DNA from: an uncultured Oscillibacter sp.
GTDB lineage: Bacteria; Bacillota; Clostridia; Oscillospirales; Oscillospiraceae
Reading direction: 5' to 3' (one strand)
DNA length: 64,000 nt
NCBI RefSeq assembly: GCF_910588175.1
Contig: NZ_CAJUQQ010000005.1
In this document: piece by piece, positions 15,855 through 24,258 of the stretch
How the letters are laid out: every line of letters starts with the position of its first letter
How positions within the stretch are numbered: position 1 is the first letter of the stretch
The notes under the pieces: model-generated
Seen by the model: only the letters and a program-made list of their open reading frames with translations
What the model was told of the DNA's origin: nothing
The model's database searches: none
Position numbers and translations under genes: made by a program

Positions 15855-17435
15855 TCAGCCGAGCAGCTGCAGCACGCCCTGGGGAACAGCGTTGGCCTGG
15901 GCCAGCATCGCCTGAGCGGACTGGATCAGGATGTTGTTCTTGGTGTAGCTCATCATTTCCTCGGCCACGTCGGTGTCGCGGATGGTGGACTCGGCGTCCT
16001 GGATGTTCTCGGCCATGACGCTCAGGTTCTTCTGCGTGTGCTCCAGGCGGTTCTGGAGAGCGCCCAGATCGCCGCGGATGCCGGAAACATAGTTGATGGC
16101 GGACTTGATCACGCTGATCGCGGAGGCCGCGCCGTCCTGGGTTCCGATGTCGATGCCGTCAATGCCCATGGCGGCGGTGTGCATATCGCCGATGGAGACC
16201 TGCATCTGGTTGTAGCTGTCGGAGGTGTCGCCGATCTGGAGCCGCAGGGGGCTGCCGGTCTTGGCGTTTCCGGAGGCAACATCATATTTGTTGTTGGCGT
16301 AGGTGATGTTCAGGCCGGTCTTCTGGGACAGCTCCTTGGCAATATGCGCATCGCCGGTAGAGGTGGCCTTGATCACATTGATGGACTTATCCGTAATTTT
16401 CGCAATAGCGTCATCGTCCGCCGCGATCACAAATTTCTGGCCGTTGATGGTGAAGACGCAGTCCTCCAGCTTGCCGTTGCCCTCGCTCTTGGTGTACAGC
16501 TTGATAGCCGAACTCTTGAAGCTGATGGCGGGGTCCTTGGCGGAGGTCTTCACGGAGACTTCCTTGTTGGCCACCGTAGAGATGGTGTTGTTGGAAGTCT
16601 TGGTGATCTGGATGGAGCCCACCTGGGGAGCGTTGAGGCCCGCCACCTTCGCGTCGAACTGGATCGTGCCGTCCGCGGGAGTGGAGATGGAGAAGTCGTT
16701 GGCCAGGTTGCCCTTGGTCTCGTTCTTGATGATGGTGGCAAACTCCGTGGCGGAGACCGCAGAGGTGGTGGTCAGGTTGTACTTGGTGCCGTTGGCGGTG
16801 GTCACATAGGTCTTATCGCTGGAGACGGTCAGCTCCACATTGGCGGACTTTCCGTTGGTCAGGCCGATGGTGATGTTCAGCTTGTCGCCGGCCTTCAGCT
16901 GAGTGGCGTTGGCAGTGAGGGCCAGAGAATACTGACCGGCAACCGCGGCGGCCTCGTCGGTGACCAGGCTGGTCTTGAAGTTGTTGATGGAGACGCTTCC
17001 GCCGTCCTTGGACATGGAGCCGTCCAGCAGGTTGATGCCGTTGAAGTTGGCGGAGTCGGCAATCCGGTTGATTTCGGTCTTGAGGGCGTCGACCTCTTTC
17101 TGGAGGTTCAGGCGGTCCACGGGATCGTCATAGGTGCCGTTGGCGGACTGGGTGGCCAGGTAGTCCATGCGGTTGAGCATGTCCTGGATTTCCTGCATGG
17201 CGCCCTCGGCGGTCTTCACCAGGGAGATGCCGTCCTTGACGTTTTTCTGGGCGGCGTTCAGGCCGGTGATCTGGGCCCGCATCTTCTCGGAAATGGCAAG
17301 GCCCGCGGCGTCGTCACCGGCGCGGTTGATCTTGTAGCCGGAGCTCAGCTTTTCCAGGTTCTTAGACAGAGCGCTGGTGTTGGTGTTGTAGTTCCGGTAG
17401 GCGTTCATCGCCATAATATTGTGCTGAATACGCAT
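15855..17435 (-). CDS. fliC: flagellin (526 aa) with a large Ser/Thr-rich central domain
   Basis: Conserved N-terminus MRIQHNIMAMNAYRNYNTNTSALSKNLEKLSSGYKINRAGDDAAGLAISEKMRAQI and C-terminus TKNNILIQSAQAMLAQANAVPQGVLQLLG. Confidence 0.95.
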   Translation of the reverse strand: MRIQHNIMAMNAYRNYNTNTSALSKNLEKLSSGYKINRAGDDAAGLAISEKMRAQITGLNAAQKNVKDGISLVKTAEGAMQEIQDMLNRMDYLATQSANGTYDDPVDRLNLQKEVDALKTEINRIADSANFNGINLLDGSMSKDGGSVSINNFKTSLVTDEAAAVAGQYSLALTANATQLKAGDKLNITIGLTNGKSANVELTVSSDKTYVTTANGTKYNLTTTSAVSATEFATIIKNETKGNLANDFSISTPADGTIQFDAKVAGLNAPQVGSIQITKTSNNTISTVANKEVSVKTSAKDPAISFKSSAIKLYTKSEGNGKLEDCVFTINGQKFVIAADDDAIAKITDKSINVIKATSTGDAHIAKELSQKTGLNITYANNKYDVASGNAKTGSPLRLQIGDTSDSYNQMQVSIGDMHTAAMGIDGIDIGTQDGAASAISVIKSAINYVSGIRGDLGALQNRLEHTQKNLSVMAENIQDAESTIRDTDVAEEMMSYTKNNILIQSAQAMLAQANAVPQGVLQLLG

Positions 17436-17442
17436 AATGAAA

Positions 17443-17479
17443 TCTCCTTTTCAAATTCAGCGGCCGCTCATCCTTGCGG
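17443..17479 (-). promoter_or_regulatory. putative CsrA binding sites in the fliC leader (hairpin-loop GGA plus the SD)
   Basis: The leader RNA contains CCGC-AAGGAUGA-GCGG (17464-17479), close to the CsrA consensus ACARGGAUGU. It also has the SD AAAAGGAGA (17443-17451) just before the ATG. Confidence 0.5.
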
Positions 17480-17614
17480 TCCGCTCCGTGGGTCGCGCCG
17501 CCCGTGCTGGCCCATACCGGCCGGATGTGGGTCAGGCGTTTGGCGCAGGGGAGCCGGTGTCTTCCAGCCGTACGAGCCGGTTGTCCGGCGGGCCTCACAG
17601 CCCTTACACTAGGC

Positions 17615-17641
17615 ATATCGGCGTGTTTCCGGGAAAATTAA
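17615..17641 (-). promoter_or_regulatory. sigma-D/sigma-28 (FliA) type promoter of fliC
   Basis: The minus strand reads CTTAATTTT-N11-GCCGATAT. The -10 matches the Bacillus SigD consensus GCCGATAT, and TTAA lies 15 nt upstream. Position is about 180 nt before the fliC ATG. Confidence 0.8.
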
Positions 17642-17708
17642 GAGGGCCGGGAAAATTTTTTCGGAAAAGGCATTTCGGCAATTTCCAGACATCACCAGAC
17701 CCCCGGCG

Positions 17709-17737
17709 GCATAAGCCGGGGAAAACGGCGGATACTA
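17709..17737 (+). promoter_or_regulatory. forespore sigma (sigma-G/F) type promoter upstream of spoVT
   Basis: GCATA-N17-GATACTA compared with consensus GHATR-N17/18-CATNHTA. spoVT is sigma-G dependent in B. subtilis. Confidence 0.5.
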
Positions 17738-17790
17738 GCTTTTGCCAGAGCGACATAGAACCCATTACTTTTTCAAAGGAGTTTTTCGAT

Positions 17791-18333
17791 ATGAAAGCAA
17801 CAGGAATTGTGCGCCGGATCGACGACCTTGGCCGGGTGGTGATTCCCAAGGAAATCCGCCGCACCATGCGCATCCGGGAGGGGGACCCCCTGGAGATTTA
17901 CACCAGCCGGGACGGCGAGGTGATTTTCAAGAAGTACTCCCTGCTGGGCGGCGTGGAGGACTTCGCCGGACAGCTCTGCGAGACCATGAGCCGGTCCACC
18001 GGAAGCATCTGCGCCGTGACGGACCGGGACACGGTGATTTCCGTGGCGGGCGGCGGCAAGCGGGAGCTGCTGGGCAAGCGGGTCACCTCCGAGCTGGAGC
18101 AGATCATGGAAAGCCGCCGCATCTACCAGTACGACGGCGAGGGAAGCCCCATTCCCGTCTGCGACGGCACGGACAAGCTGGTGACCAACGTGGCGGCCCC
18201 CATCCTCTCCGAGGGGGACCTGCTGGGCATGGTGCTGTTTGTGGGGTCCACCCCCGGCGCCACCACCGGCGACACCGAGTACAAGCTGGCCCAGACCATC
18301 GCCGCCTTCCTGGGGCGGCATATGGAGGCCTGA
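17791..18333 (+). CDS. spoVT: stage V sporulation protein T (AbrB-family regulator with a GAF-like domain)
   Basis: MKATGIVRRIDDLGRVVIPKEIRRTMRIREGDPLEIY (SpoVT/AbrB swapped-hairpin N-domain), 180 aa, AAAGGAG RBS. The track ORF start at 17437 is rejected. Confidence 0.9.
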   Translation: MKATGIVRRIDDLGRVVIPKEIRRTMRIREGDPLEIYTSRDGEVIFKKYSLLGGVEDFAGQLCETMSRSTGSICAVTDRDTVISVAGGGKRELLGKRVTSELEQIMESRRIYQYDGEGSPIPVCDGTDKLVTNVAAPILSEGDLLGMVLFVGSTPGATTGDTEYKLAQTIAAFLGRHMEA

Positions 18334-18540
18334 CGCGCCCCGCGCGCATGGGAAACGGTCCGGAAGGGCCGTTTTCCGCCCCCTGGGCGGACAGCGGACC
18401 TTCCGCCTCCAGGCAAGAGACATCCTACAACGTTGACAGAAATCATATGTCTCAGGGCCTTGGATTTTGTCACATCCTCCATTGACAGCGGCCCCGTTCC
18501 GGGTGTACGCTTTTATGCAACAAAGGAATACGGCAAACGG

Positions 18541-18830
18541 CGTTGATGGAGAAAAGTACCGGCGGGCGTTCCGCTCCAGTGAGCGGGGGACAGTGCAAAC
18601 CCCGCGCAAAGAGCCTCCGGGAAGAACACTCCGTAGCTCCAAGCTGAACCTGGGCGGAACACTCTCCCTCCCCCGGCAGTAGGCGCGGCGAGTTGTGATC
18701 GTTACCTCACACGGGCTTGTTGGAGCCTTGAAGGTGACCGCCCCCGGTGAGACGGGGAGGTAAATCAGGTGGCACCGCGGATAGCAGCTATTCGTCCTGA
18801 ATGTTCAGGAGATAGCTGCGTTTTTATTTT
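18541..18830 (+). promoter_or_regulatory. T-box leader (probable Asn specifier AAC) with a terminator/antiterminator
   Basis: Stem I start TTGATGGAGAAAAGTA. AG-bulge/distal loop CCAGTGAGC...CAGTGCAAA. Specifier region GGGAAGAACAC. T-box sequence AATCAGGTGGCACCGCGG at 18763-18780. Terminator hairpin at 18784-18819 followed by TTTTTATTTT. Confidence 0.85.
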
Positions 18831-18869
18831 CCCAGACGGGAAAGCCATATCAATTCGGAGGTGCTTGTT

Positions 18870-20456
18870 ATGTGTTCGATTATGGGTTTTGAGAAAAAGG
18901 ACGTCACGCGGGAGGAGCTTCAGCCCTTCTTTGCGCGCACGAAATCCCGGGGGCCGGATATGTCCCGCGTTGTGGAAACCCCAACAGGGTGGCTCTGCTT
19001 CCACCGGCTGGCCATCATGGGCCTGACCCCGGAGGGGATGCAGCCCTTCCGGCTGGGCGGGGACTATCTGGTGTGCAACGGGGAAATCTACGGCTTCCGG
19101 CCTTTGAAGCGGCAGCTTCAGGAGCGGGGCTACTCGTTTCAAAGCGGCAGCGACTGCGAGATTCTGCTGCCCCTCTACCGGGAGTACGGCCTGGAGATGT
19201 TCGCCCGGCTGGACGCGGAATTCGCCCTGGTCCTCTACGACGGGAGGACGGATTCCCTCATCGCCGCCCGGGACCCCATCGGCATCCGTCCCCTATTCTA
19301 CGGATACGACCGCTCCGGCGGCATCGTCTTCGCCAGCGAGGCCAAGAACCTGGTGGGGCTGTGCCGGGAAATCCGCCCCTTCCCGCCGGGGCACTACTAC
19401 GCCGGGGGAACCTTCGTCCGCTACGCCGATTTTACCACGGTAAGCGAATACTGCCGGGACGACCGGGAGACTGCCTGCAAGCATATTCGCGACAAGCTCA
19501 TCGCCGGGGTCGACAAGCGGCTGGACGCCGACGCGCCCCTGGGCTTCCTCCTCTCCGGCGGGCTGGACTCCAGCCTCGTCTGCGCCATTTCCTCCATCGT
19601 CCTGGGGAAAAAGATCCGGACCTTCGCCATCGGCATGGACAAGGACGCCATCGACCTCAAATACGCCCGGGAGGCGGCGGATTACATCGGGGCCGACCAC
19701 ACCGAGGTCTATATGACCCGGGAGGAGGTCCTGGCGACCCTGGATGAGCTGATTGCCCTGCTGGGCACCTGGGACATCACCACCATCCGGGCCAGCATGG
19801 GGATGTACCTTTGCTGCAAGGCCATCCACGAGCGGACGGACATCCGGGTGCTGCTGACCGGGGAGATTTCCGACGAGCTCTTCGGCTATAAGTACACGGA
19901 CTTCGCCCCCAGCGGCGAGGAGTTCCAGAAAGAGGCAAAAAAGCGGGTGGATGAGCTTTACATGTACGACGTGCTCCGGGCGGACCGCTGCATCTCCGTC
20001 AACTCCCTGGAGGCCCGGGTGCCCTTCGGCGACCTGGATTTCGTGAAATACGTCATGTCCCTGGACCCCGAGATGAAGCGGAACACCTACGGCATGGGGA
20101 AGTACCTGCTCCGCCACGCCTTTGAGAAGGACCGCCTCCTGCCGGAGGGCATCCTCTGGCGGCAGAAGGCCGCCTTCTCCGACGCCGTGGGCCACTCCAT
20201 GGTGGACGACCTGAAAGCCTACGCCCAGGAGAAATACACGGACGGAGAATTCGAGGCCCTGCGGCACAAGTACGATTACCACTGCCCGCCCTTCACCAAG
20301 GAGAGCCTGCTGTACCGGGAGATCTTCGAGAAGCACTACCCGGGACAGGCGGCGATGATCCGGGATTTCTGGATGCCCAACAAGTCCTGGGCGGGATGCG
20401 ACGTGGACGATCCTTCCGCCCGGGCCCTGAGCAACTACGGCGCCAGCGGACAATGA
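18870..20456 (+). CDS. asnB: asparagine synthase (glutamine-hydrolysing)
   Basis: An N-terminal MCSIMG (Cys2 nucleophile) fixes the start at 18870. Motifs CNGEIYGF, SDCEIL and LLSGGLDSS (PP-loop). Confidence 0.9.
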   Translation: MCSIMGFEKKDVTREELQPFFARTKSRGPDMSRVVETPTGWLCFHRLAIMGLTPEGMQPFRLGGDYLVCNGEIYGFRPLKRQLQERGYSFQSGSDCEILLPLYREYGLEMFARLDAEFALVLYDGRTDSLIAARDPIGIRPLFYGYDRSGGIVFASEAKNLVGLCREIRPFPPGHYYAGGTFVRYADFTTVSEYCRDDRETACKHIRDKLIAGVDKRLDADAPLGFLLSGGLDSSLVCAISSIVLGKKIRTFAIGMDKDAIDLKYAREAADYIGADHTEVYMTREEVLATLDELIALLGTWDITTIRASMGMYLCCKAIHERTDIRVLLTGEISDELFGYKYTDFAPSGEEFQKEAKKRVDELYMYDVLRADRCISVNSLEARVPFGDLDFVKYVMSLDPEMKRNTYGMGKYLLRHAFEKDRLLPEGILWRQKAAFSDAVGHSMVDDLKAYAQEKYTDGEFEALRHKYDYHCPPFTKESLLYREIFEKHYPGQAAMIRDFWMPNKSWAGCDVDDPSARALSNYGASGQ

Positions 20457-20568
20457 ACGGCCCTTTCAAGGGAGAGCCCCTTTCCGGGGCCGAACTTTAG
20501 AAGTATTACCAATTGCCTTTGCACCGTTTTATGTTACCATATAGTCAGAAATTGAGGAGGAATGCCAT

Positions 20569-22656
20569 ATGAGTGCCACCTTACATCTTCCCGAGCTCTT
20601 CGGCAGCCGGGTCTTCAACGAGGAGACCATGAAGGACCGCCTCTCCCCCGCGTCCTACAGCGCGTGGAAACAGTGCGTCACCGAGGGCACGGCCCTGGAT
20701 ATCTCCACCGCCAACGAAATCGCCGAGGCCATGAAGCGGTGGGCCGTGGAACGGGGGGCCACCCATTTCACCCACTGGTTCCAGCCCATGACCGGCGTCA
20801 CCGCCGAAAAGCACGACAGCTTCATCAGCCCCACCGGCGGCGGCCGCATTCTGATGGAGTTCTCCGGCAAGGAGCTGGTCCGGGGCGAGCCGGACGCGTC
20901 CTCCTTCCCCTCCGGCGGCCTCCGCGCCACCTTTGAGGCCCGGGGCTACACCGCCTGGGACCCCACCTCCTTCGCCTTTTTAAAGGAGGGCTCCCTCTGC
21001 GTCCCCACCATCTTCTGCTCCTATTCCGGCCAAGCTCTGGACAAGAAAATGCCCCTCCTCCGGTCCATTGAGGAGGTCAGCCGCCAGGCCATCCGCATCC
21101 TCCGCCTCTTCGGCGACACCGAGAGCCGGAAGGTCATCGCCCAGGTGGGCCCCGAGCAGGAGTATTTCCTCATCGACAAGCAGCTCTACAACCGGCGCAA
21201 GGACCTGCGCATGACGGGCCGGACCTTATTCGGCGCCAAGCCCCCCCGGGGCCAGGAGCTGGACGACCACTACTTCGGCGCTATCAAGCCCCGGGTGGCC
21301 GCCTACATGAAGGACCTGGACGAGACCCTGTGGGCCCTGGGCATCCCCTCCAAGACCAAGCACAACGAGGTGGCCCCCTCCCAGCACGAGATGGCCCCCA
21401 TCTATACCGACGCCAACACCGCCTGCGACCAGAACCAGCTGGTGATGGAGGTGATGAAAAAGGTGGCGGACCGCCACGGCCTGGTGTGCCTCCTCCATGA
21501 AAAGCCCTTCGCCGGGGTGAACGGCTCCGGCAAGCACGACAACTGGTCCCTCTCCACCGACACGGGGAAGAACCTCTTCAAGCCCGGCTCCACCCCCAGC
21601 CAGAACGCCCGCTTCCTCCTCTTCCTGGCGGCCTTCGTCAAGGGCGTGGACGAGTACCAGGACTTCCTCCGCACCACCGTGGCCACCGCCGGAAACGACC
21701 ACCGCCTGGGGGCCCAGGAGGCTCCCCCCGCCGTCCTCTCCATCTTCCTGGGGGACGAGCTGAACGCCGTGGTGGAGTCCATCATCCAGGGCACCGAGTA
21801 CACCGACGCCAGCAAGAAAACCCTGGAGATCGGCGTGGACGTGCTCCCCGCCATCCGCCAGGACACCACGGACCGGAACCGGACCTCCCCCATGGCCTTC
21901 ACCGGCAACAAGTTCGAGTTCCGCATGCTGGGCTCCTCCCAGTCCATCTCCGGGCCCAACATCGCCCTGAACACCATCATGGCCGAGGAGCTCAAACAGT
22001 TCGCCGACGAGCTGGAGTCCTCCGCCGACTTCCAGGCCGACCTCCAGAAGCTGATCCGCCGGACCTTCACCCAGCACCAGCGGATCATCTTCAACGGAAA
22101 CGGCTACGACGGCAACTGGATTGCCGAGGCGGAACGCCGGGGGCTGGCCAACCTCAAATCCACCGCCGACGCCCTGCCCGCCTATGTCCAGCAGAAGAAC
22201 ATCGACCTCTTTGTCAAGCACGGCATCTACACGGAGGAGGAGGTCCGGGCCCGGTATGAGATCCACGTGGAGAACTACCGCACCGTCCTCACCATCGAGG
22301 CCAGCACCATGATCGACATGATCCGCCACGAGATTCTCCCTGCGGTCTCCAAGTACGCCGCCGACCTCTGCGCCCGGGCGGAGCGCAAGAAGAGCCTGGG
22401 TATTCCCTGCGCCTACGAGATCAATACGGCCCTGGGGATTGCCGAGATCACCGACAATCTGATGGAGGATTGCCGCGTCCTGGCCTCGGACCTGGAGGAC
22501 ATGCCCGCCGGGCCGGAGGAGGCCATGCGCTACTGCCACGACACCCTGATTTCCGATATGGGCGTGGCCCGCGCCTCTGTCGACGCCCTGGAAGTCCTCA
22601 CCGCTTCCGAGTATTGGCCCATGCCGGTATACTCGGAGCTGCTGTTCTCCGTGTAA
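20569..22656 (+). CDS. glnN: glutamine synthetase type III
   Basis: 695 aa. N-terminus FGSRVFNEETMKDRL...ATHFTHWFQPMTG and central NGSGKHDNWS are typical of GSIII. GAGGAGG RBS. Confidence 0.9.
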   Translation: MSATLHLPELFGSRVFNEETMKDRLSPASYSAWKQCVTEGTALDISTANEIAEAMKRWAVERGATHFTHWFQPMTGVTAEKHDSFISPTGGGRILMEFSGKELVRGEPDASSFPSGGLRATFEARGYTAWDPTSFAFLKEGSLCVPTIFCSYSGQALDKKMPLLRSIEEVSRQAIRILRLFGDTESRKVIAQVGPEQEYFLIDKQLYNRRKDLRMTGRTLFGAKPPRGQELDDHYFGAIKPRVAAYMKDLDETLWALGIPSKTKHNEVAPSQHEMAPIYTDANTACDQNQLVMEVMKKVADRHGLVCLLHEKPFAGVNGSGKHDNWSLSTDTGKNLFKPGSTPSQNARFLLFLAAFVKGVDEYQDFLRTTVATAGNDHRLGAQEAPPAVLSIFLGDELNAVVESIIQGTEYTDASKKTLEIGVDVLPAIRQDTTDRNRTSPMAFTGNKFEFRMLGSSQSISGPNIALNTIMAEELKQFADELESSADFQADLQKLIRRTFTQHQRIIFNGNGYDGNWIAEAERRGLANLKSTADALPAYVQQKNIDLFVKHGIYTEEEVRARYEIHVENYRTVLTIEASTMIDMIRHEILPAVSKYAADLCARAERKKSLGIPCAYEINTALGIAEITDNLMEDCRVLASDLEDMPAGPEEAMRYCHDTLISDMGVARASVDALEVLTASEYWPMPVYSELLFSV

Positions 22657-22688
22657 CGCCGTCTGCAAAAACCTCTTCCCCGCCTCCA

Positions 22689-22725
22689 AGCGGCGGCAAG
22701 GCCATGGCCTTGCCGCCGCTTTTTT
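22689..22725 (+). terminator. rho-independent terminator of glnN
   Basis: AGCGGCGGCAAGGCC-AT-GGCCTTGCCGCCGCT followed by TTTTT. Confidence 0.85.
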
Positions 22726-22735
22726 GCGGGTCACC

Positions 22736-22763
22736 TTAATTTTGGGAGGGGCCGTGCCGATAA
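22736..22763 (+). promoter_or_regulatory. sigma-D/sigma-28 type promoter
   Basis: CTTAATTTT-N12-GCCGATAA. It shares the 9-nt upstream block CTTAATTTT with the fliC promoter, and the -10 matches GCCGATAA. Position is about 105 nt upstream of 22868. Confidence 0.65.
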
Positions 22764-22867
22764 CATAAGTAAACAAAAAAATTTGGCAAGAGGGGAACCC
22801 TGGAGCAGAGAGCGCCTTTTTGTTTTGAAACCCTCTGTATTTTGTGATCACAAGGAGGACCGTAATT

Positions 22868-24016
22868 ATGTCCATGCCAACCATTCTGCCCTCGGGCCAG
22901 CTCCACCCGGACGCCCTCAAGGGTCCCTTTGTCAAACATATCAGCAGCAGCACCTCCGCTCCCGCAGGCGGACCCGGCGTGAAGGTATCCGGCGGCGCCA
23001 TGGCGGACCGCTGGAAAGCGGAGGAGAAACGCGTCAATGCATATTGGCGGGAGCACCGGGACGAGGCCATCGACCTGACGCCCCAGCTGAGCGGCAAGCG
23101 GGTGGATTCCTACGACGGCAAAACCGTTGTGGAAAACCAGGGCATGGGGCTTATTGTCGAGACCATTCAGCCCGGCGTCTTCACCGCCGAGGACGCGAAT
23201 AAATCCGCGGCCTCCGGCGGGGCTACCCATGGGTTCTTCTACCGCAAGACGGATTTCCTGTTCAGCGCCGCCCAGGAGTACACCGCCCTTGGCGAAAACG
23301 AGGTGTTCCGCCACCGCAATATCGACGATGTGAATTTTGTCCGGGACACGCTGGACTTTTTTACCAACGGAAATTACACCCAGGCGGACGTCAACCGCAT
23401 GCAGGATCAGATGACGGCGGTGGTTCGGGAGCTGGCCCAGCAGATGAAGGACGGCGGAGCGCCGGATTTGAGCAAGGTAACGGCCACCCTGACCGTGGGC
23501 GGCGGGGAGGTTTCCATTTCCCAGCTCTTGGAGATGCAGAAAACGGGGCGGGAGCTGTCGGAGTCCTTCAGCGGGATAACCTCCGGCTCCTTGACCGGCC
23601 ATAATATTGAGGGGTTCGCGAAAATGGGAATTGCAAAATCCCTGGGCAGCTATTATGGCCGCGATCAGGGAGCGGTTGGGCAGATGTTCTCCCAAGGCAT
23701 CGACCGGCTGTATGAAAAGGGCATGGCACAGCTTGAAAAGGCGGACGCCTGGGCGAAGAGCGTATCCTACGCCGCCGGAACCTCTGGCAATCGGGACGCG
23801 GTGAACACCGAACGGAACATCGCCGGTTTGTTTTCCAAGCTGAACACGGAAAGCAAAAGCGGCCTTATCCAGAGCTTTTCCTCCACGCTGGCCCAGGCAA
23901 GGGCGCTGGTTCAGCAGTATTGCAGTCAGTACAATCTGTCAACCTCCCATGTGGGCCTGGCCGGAGCCACGGCGGGGATTGAATCGTTCTTCCAGGCGTG
24001 GACGAATCAGCTGTAA
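22868..24016 (+). CDS. hypothetical protein (382 aa), probable flagellar-regulon member
   Basis: AAGGAGG RBS 7 nt before ATG 22868. No signal peptide or TM segment. Gly/Ser/Thr/Ala/Gln-rich. I recognised no family. Confidence 0.7.
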   Translation: MSMPTILPSGQLHPDALKGPFVKHISSSTSAPAGGPGVKVSGGAMADRWKAEEKRVNAYWREHRDEAIDLTPQLSGKRVDSYDGKTVVENQGMGLIVETIQPGVFTAEDANKSAASGGATHGFFYRKTDFLFSAAQEYTALGENEVFRHRNIDDVNFVRDTLDFFTNGNYTQADVNRMQDQMTAVVRELAQQMKDGGAPDLSKVTATLTVGGGEVSISQLLEMQKTGRELSESFSGITSGSLTGHNIEGFAKMGIAKSLGSYYGRDQGAVGQMFSQGIDRLYEKGMAQLEKADAWAKSVSYAAGTSGNRDAVNTERNIAGLFSKLNTESKSGLIQSFSSTLAQARALVQQYCSQYNLSTSHVGLAGATAGIESFFQAWTNQL

Positions 24017-24063
24017 ATTCCTCCGGACAGACGAACGTCTTCTTCCTTGGCGGCGAAACGAAA

Positions 24064-24094
24064 GGGACCCGGAGCGGATATGCTCCGGGTCCCT
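24064..24094. repeat. left copy of a duplicated terminator hairpin (target-site duplication of MITE copy 1)
   Basis: GGGACCCGGAGCGGATATGCTCCGGGTCCCT is identical to 24259-24289. Confidence 0.9.
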
Positions 24095-24256
24095 CAGGCT
24101 GTCGAAAATGTCTTTTCGCCAGCCTGAGCAAGTTTTTTGGACCTTTAAAAAGTTCCAAAAAACTTCTGATTGAAAACGAGAGAAACCCCTGATGGGTTTC
24201 TCTCGTAGCTCTTTTCCTTTCCGTTCCCTTGCGGACAGCACTTTTTCGACAAGCTG
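24095..24256 (-). mobile_element. 162-bp MITE-like non-coding element, copy 1
   Basis: Its reverse complement is identical by eye to 33710-33871. Imperfect terminal inverted repeats CAGCTTGTCGAAAAAGTG / CAGGCTGTCGAAAATGTC. Three internal hairpins. No ORF. Confidence 0.85.
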
Positions 24257-24258
24257 CC

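Noticed and set aside
18405-18515. The two TTGACA hexamers upstream of the T-box as its promoter.
   Set aside because: Neither has a convincing -10 at 16-18 nt (the best is TACGCT at 18 nt), so the promoter is left unannotated.
23939-24241. Track ORFs translating across the 162-bp repeats (23939-24241 minus and 33560-33958 plus share ...SARERKGKELREKPIRGFSRFQSEVFWNFLKVQKTCSGWRKDIFDSL).
   Set aside because: The shared peptide is only the translation of the repeated non-coding element. There is no RBS, the frames run in from flanking terminators, and the DNA is dominated by hairpins.
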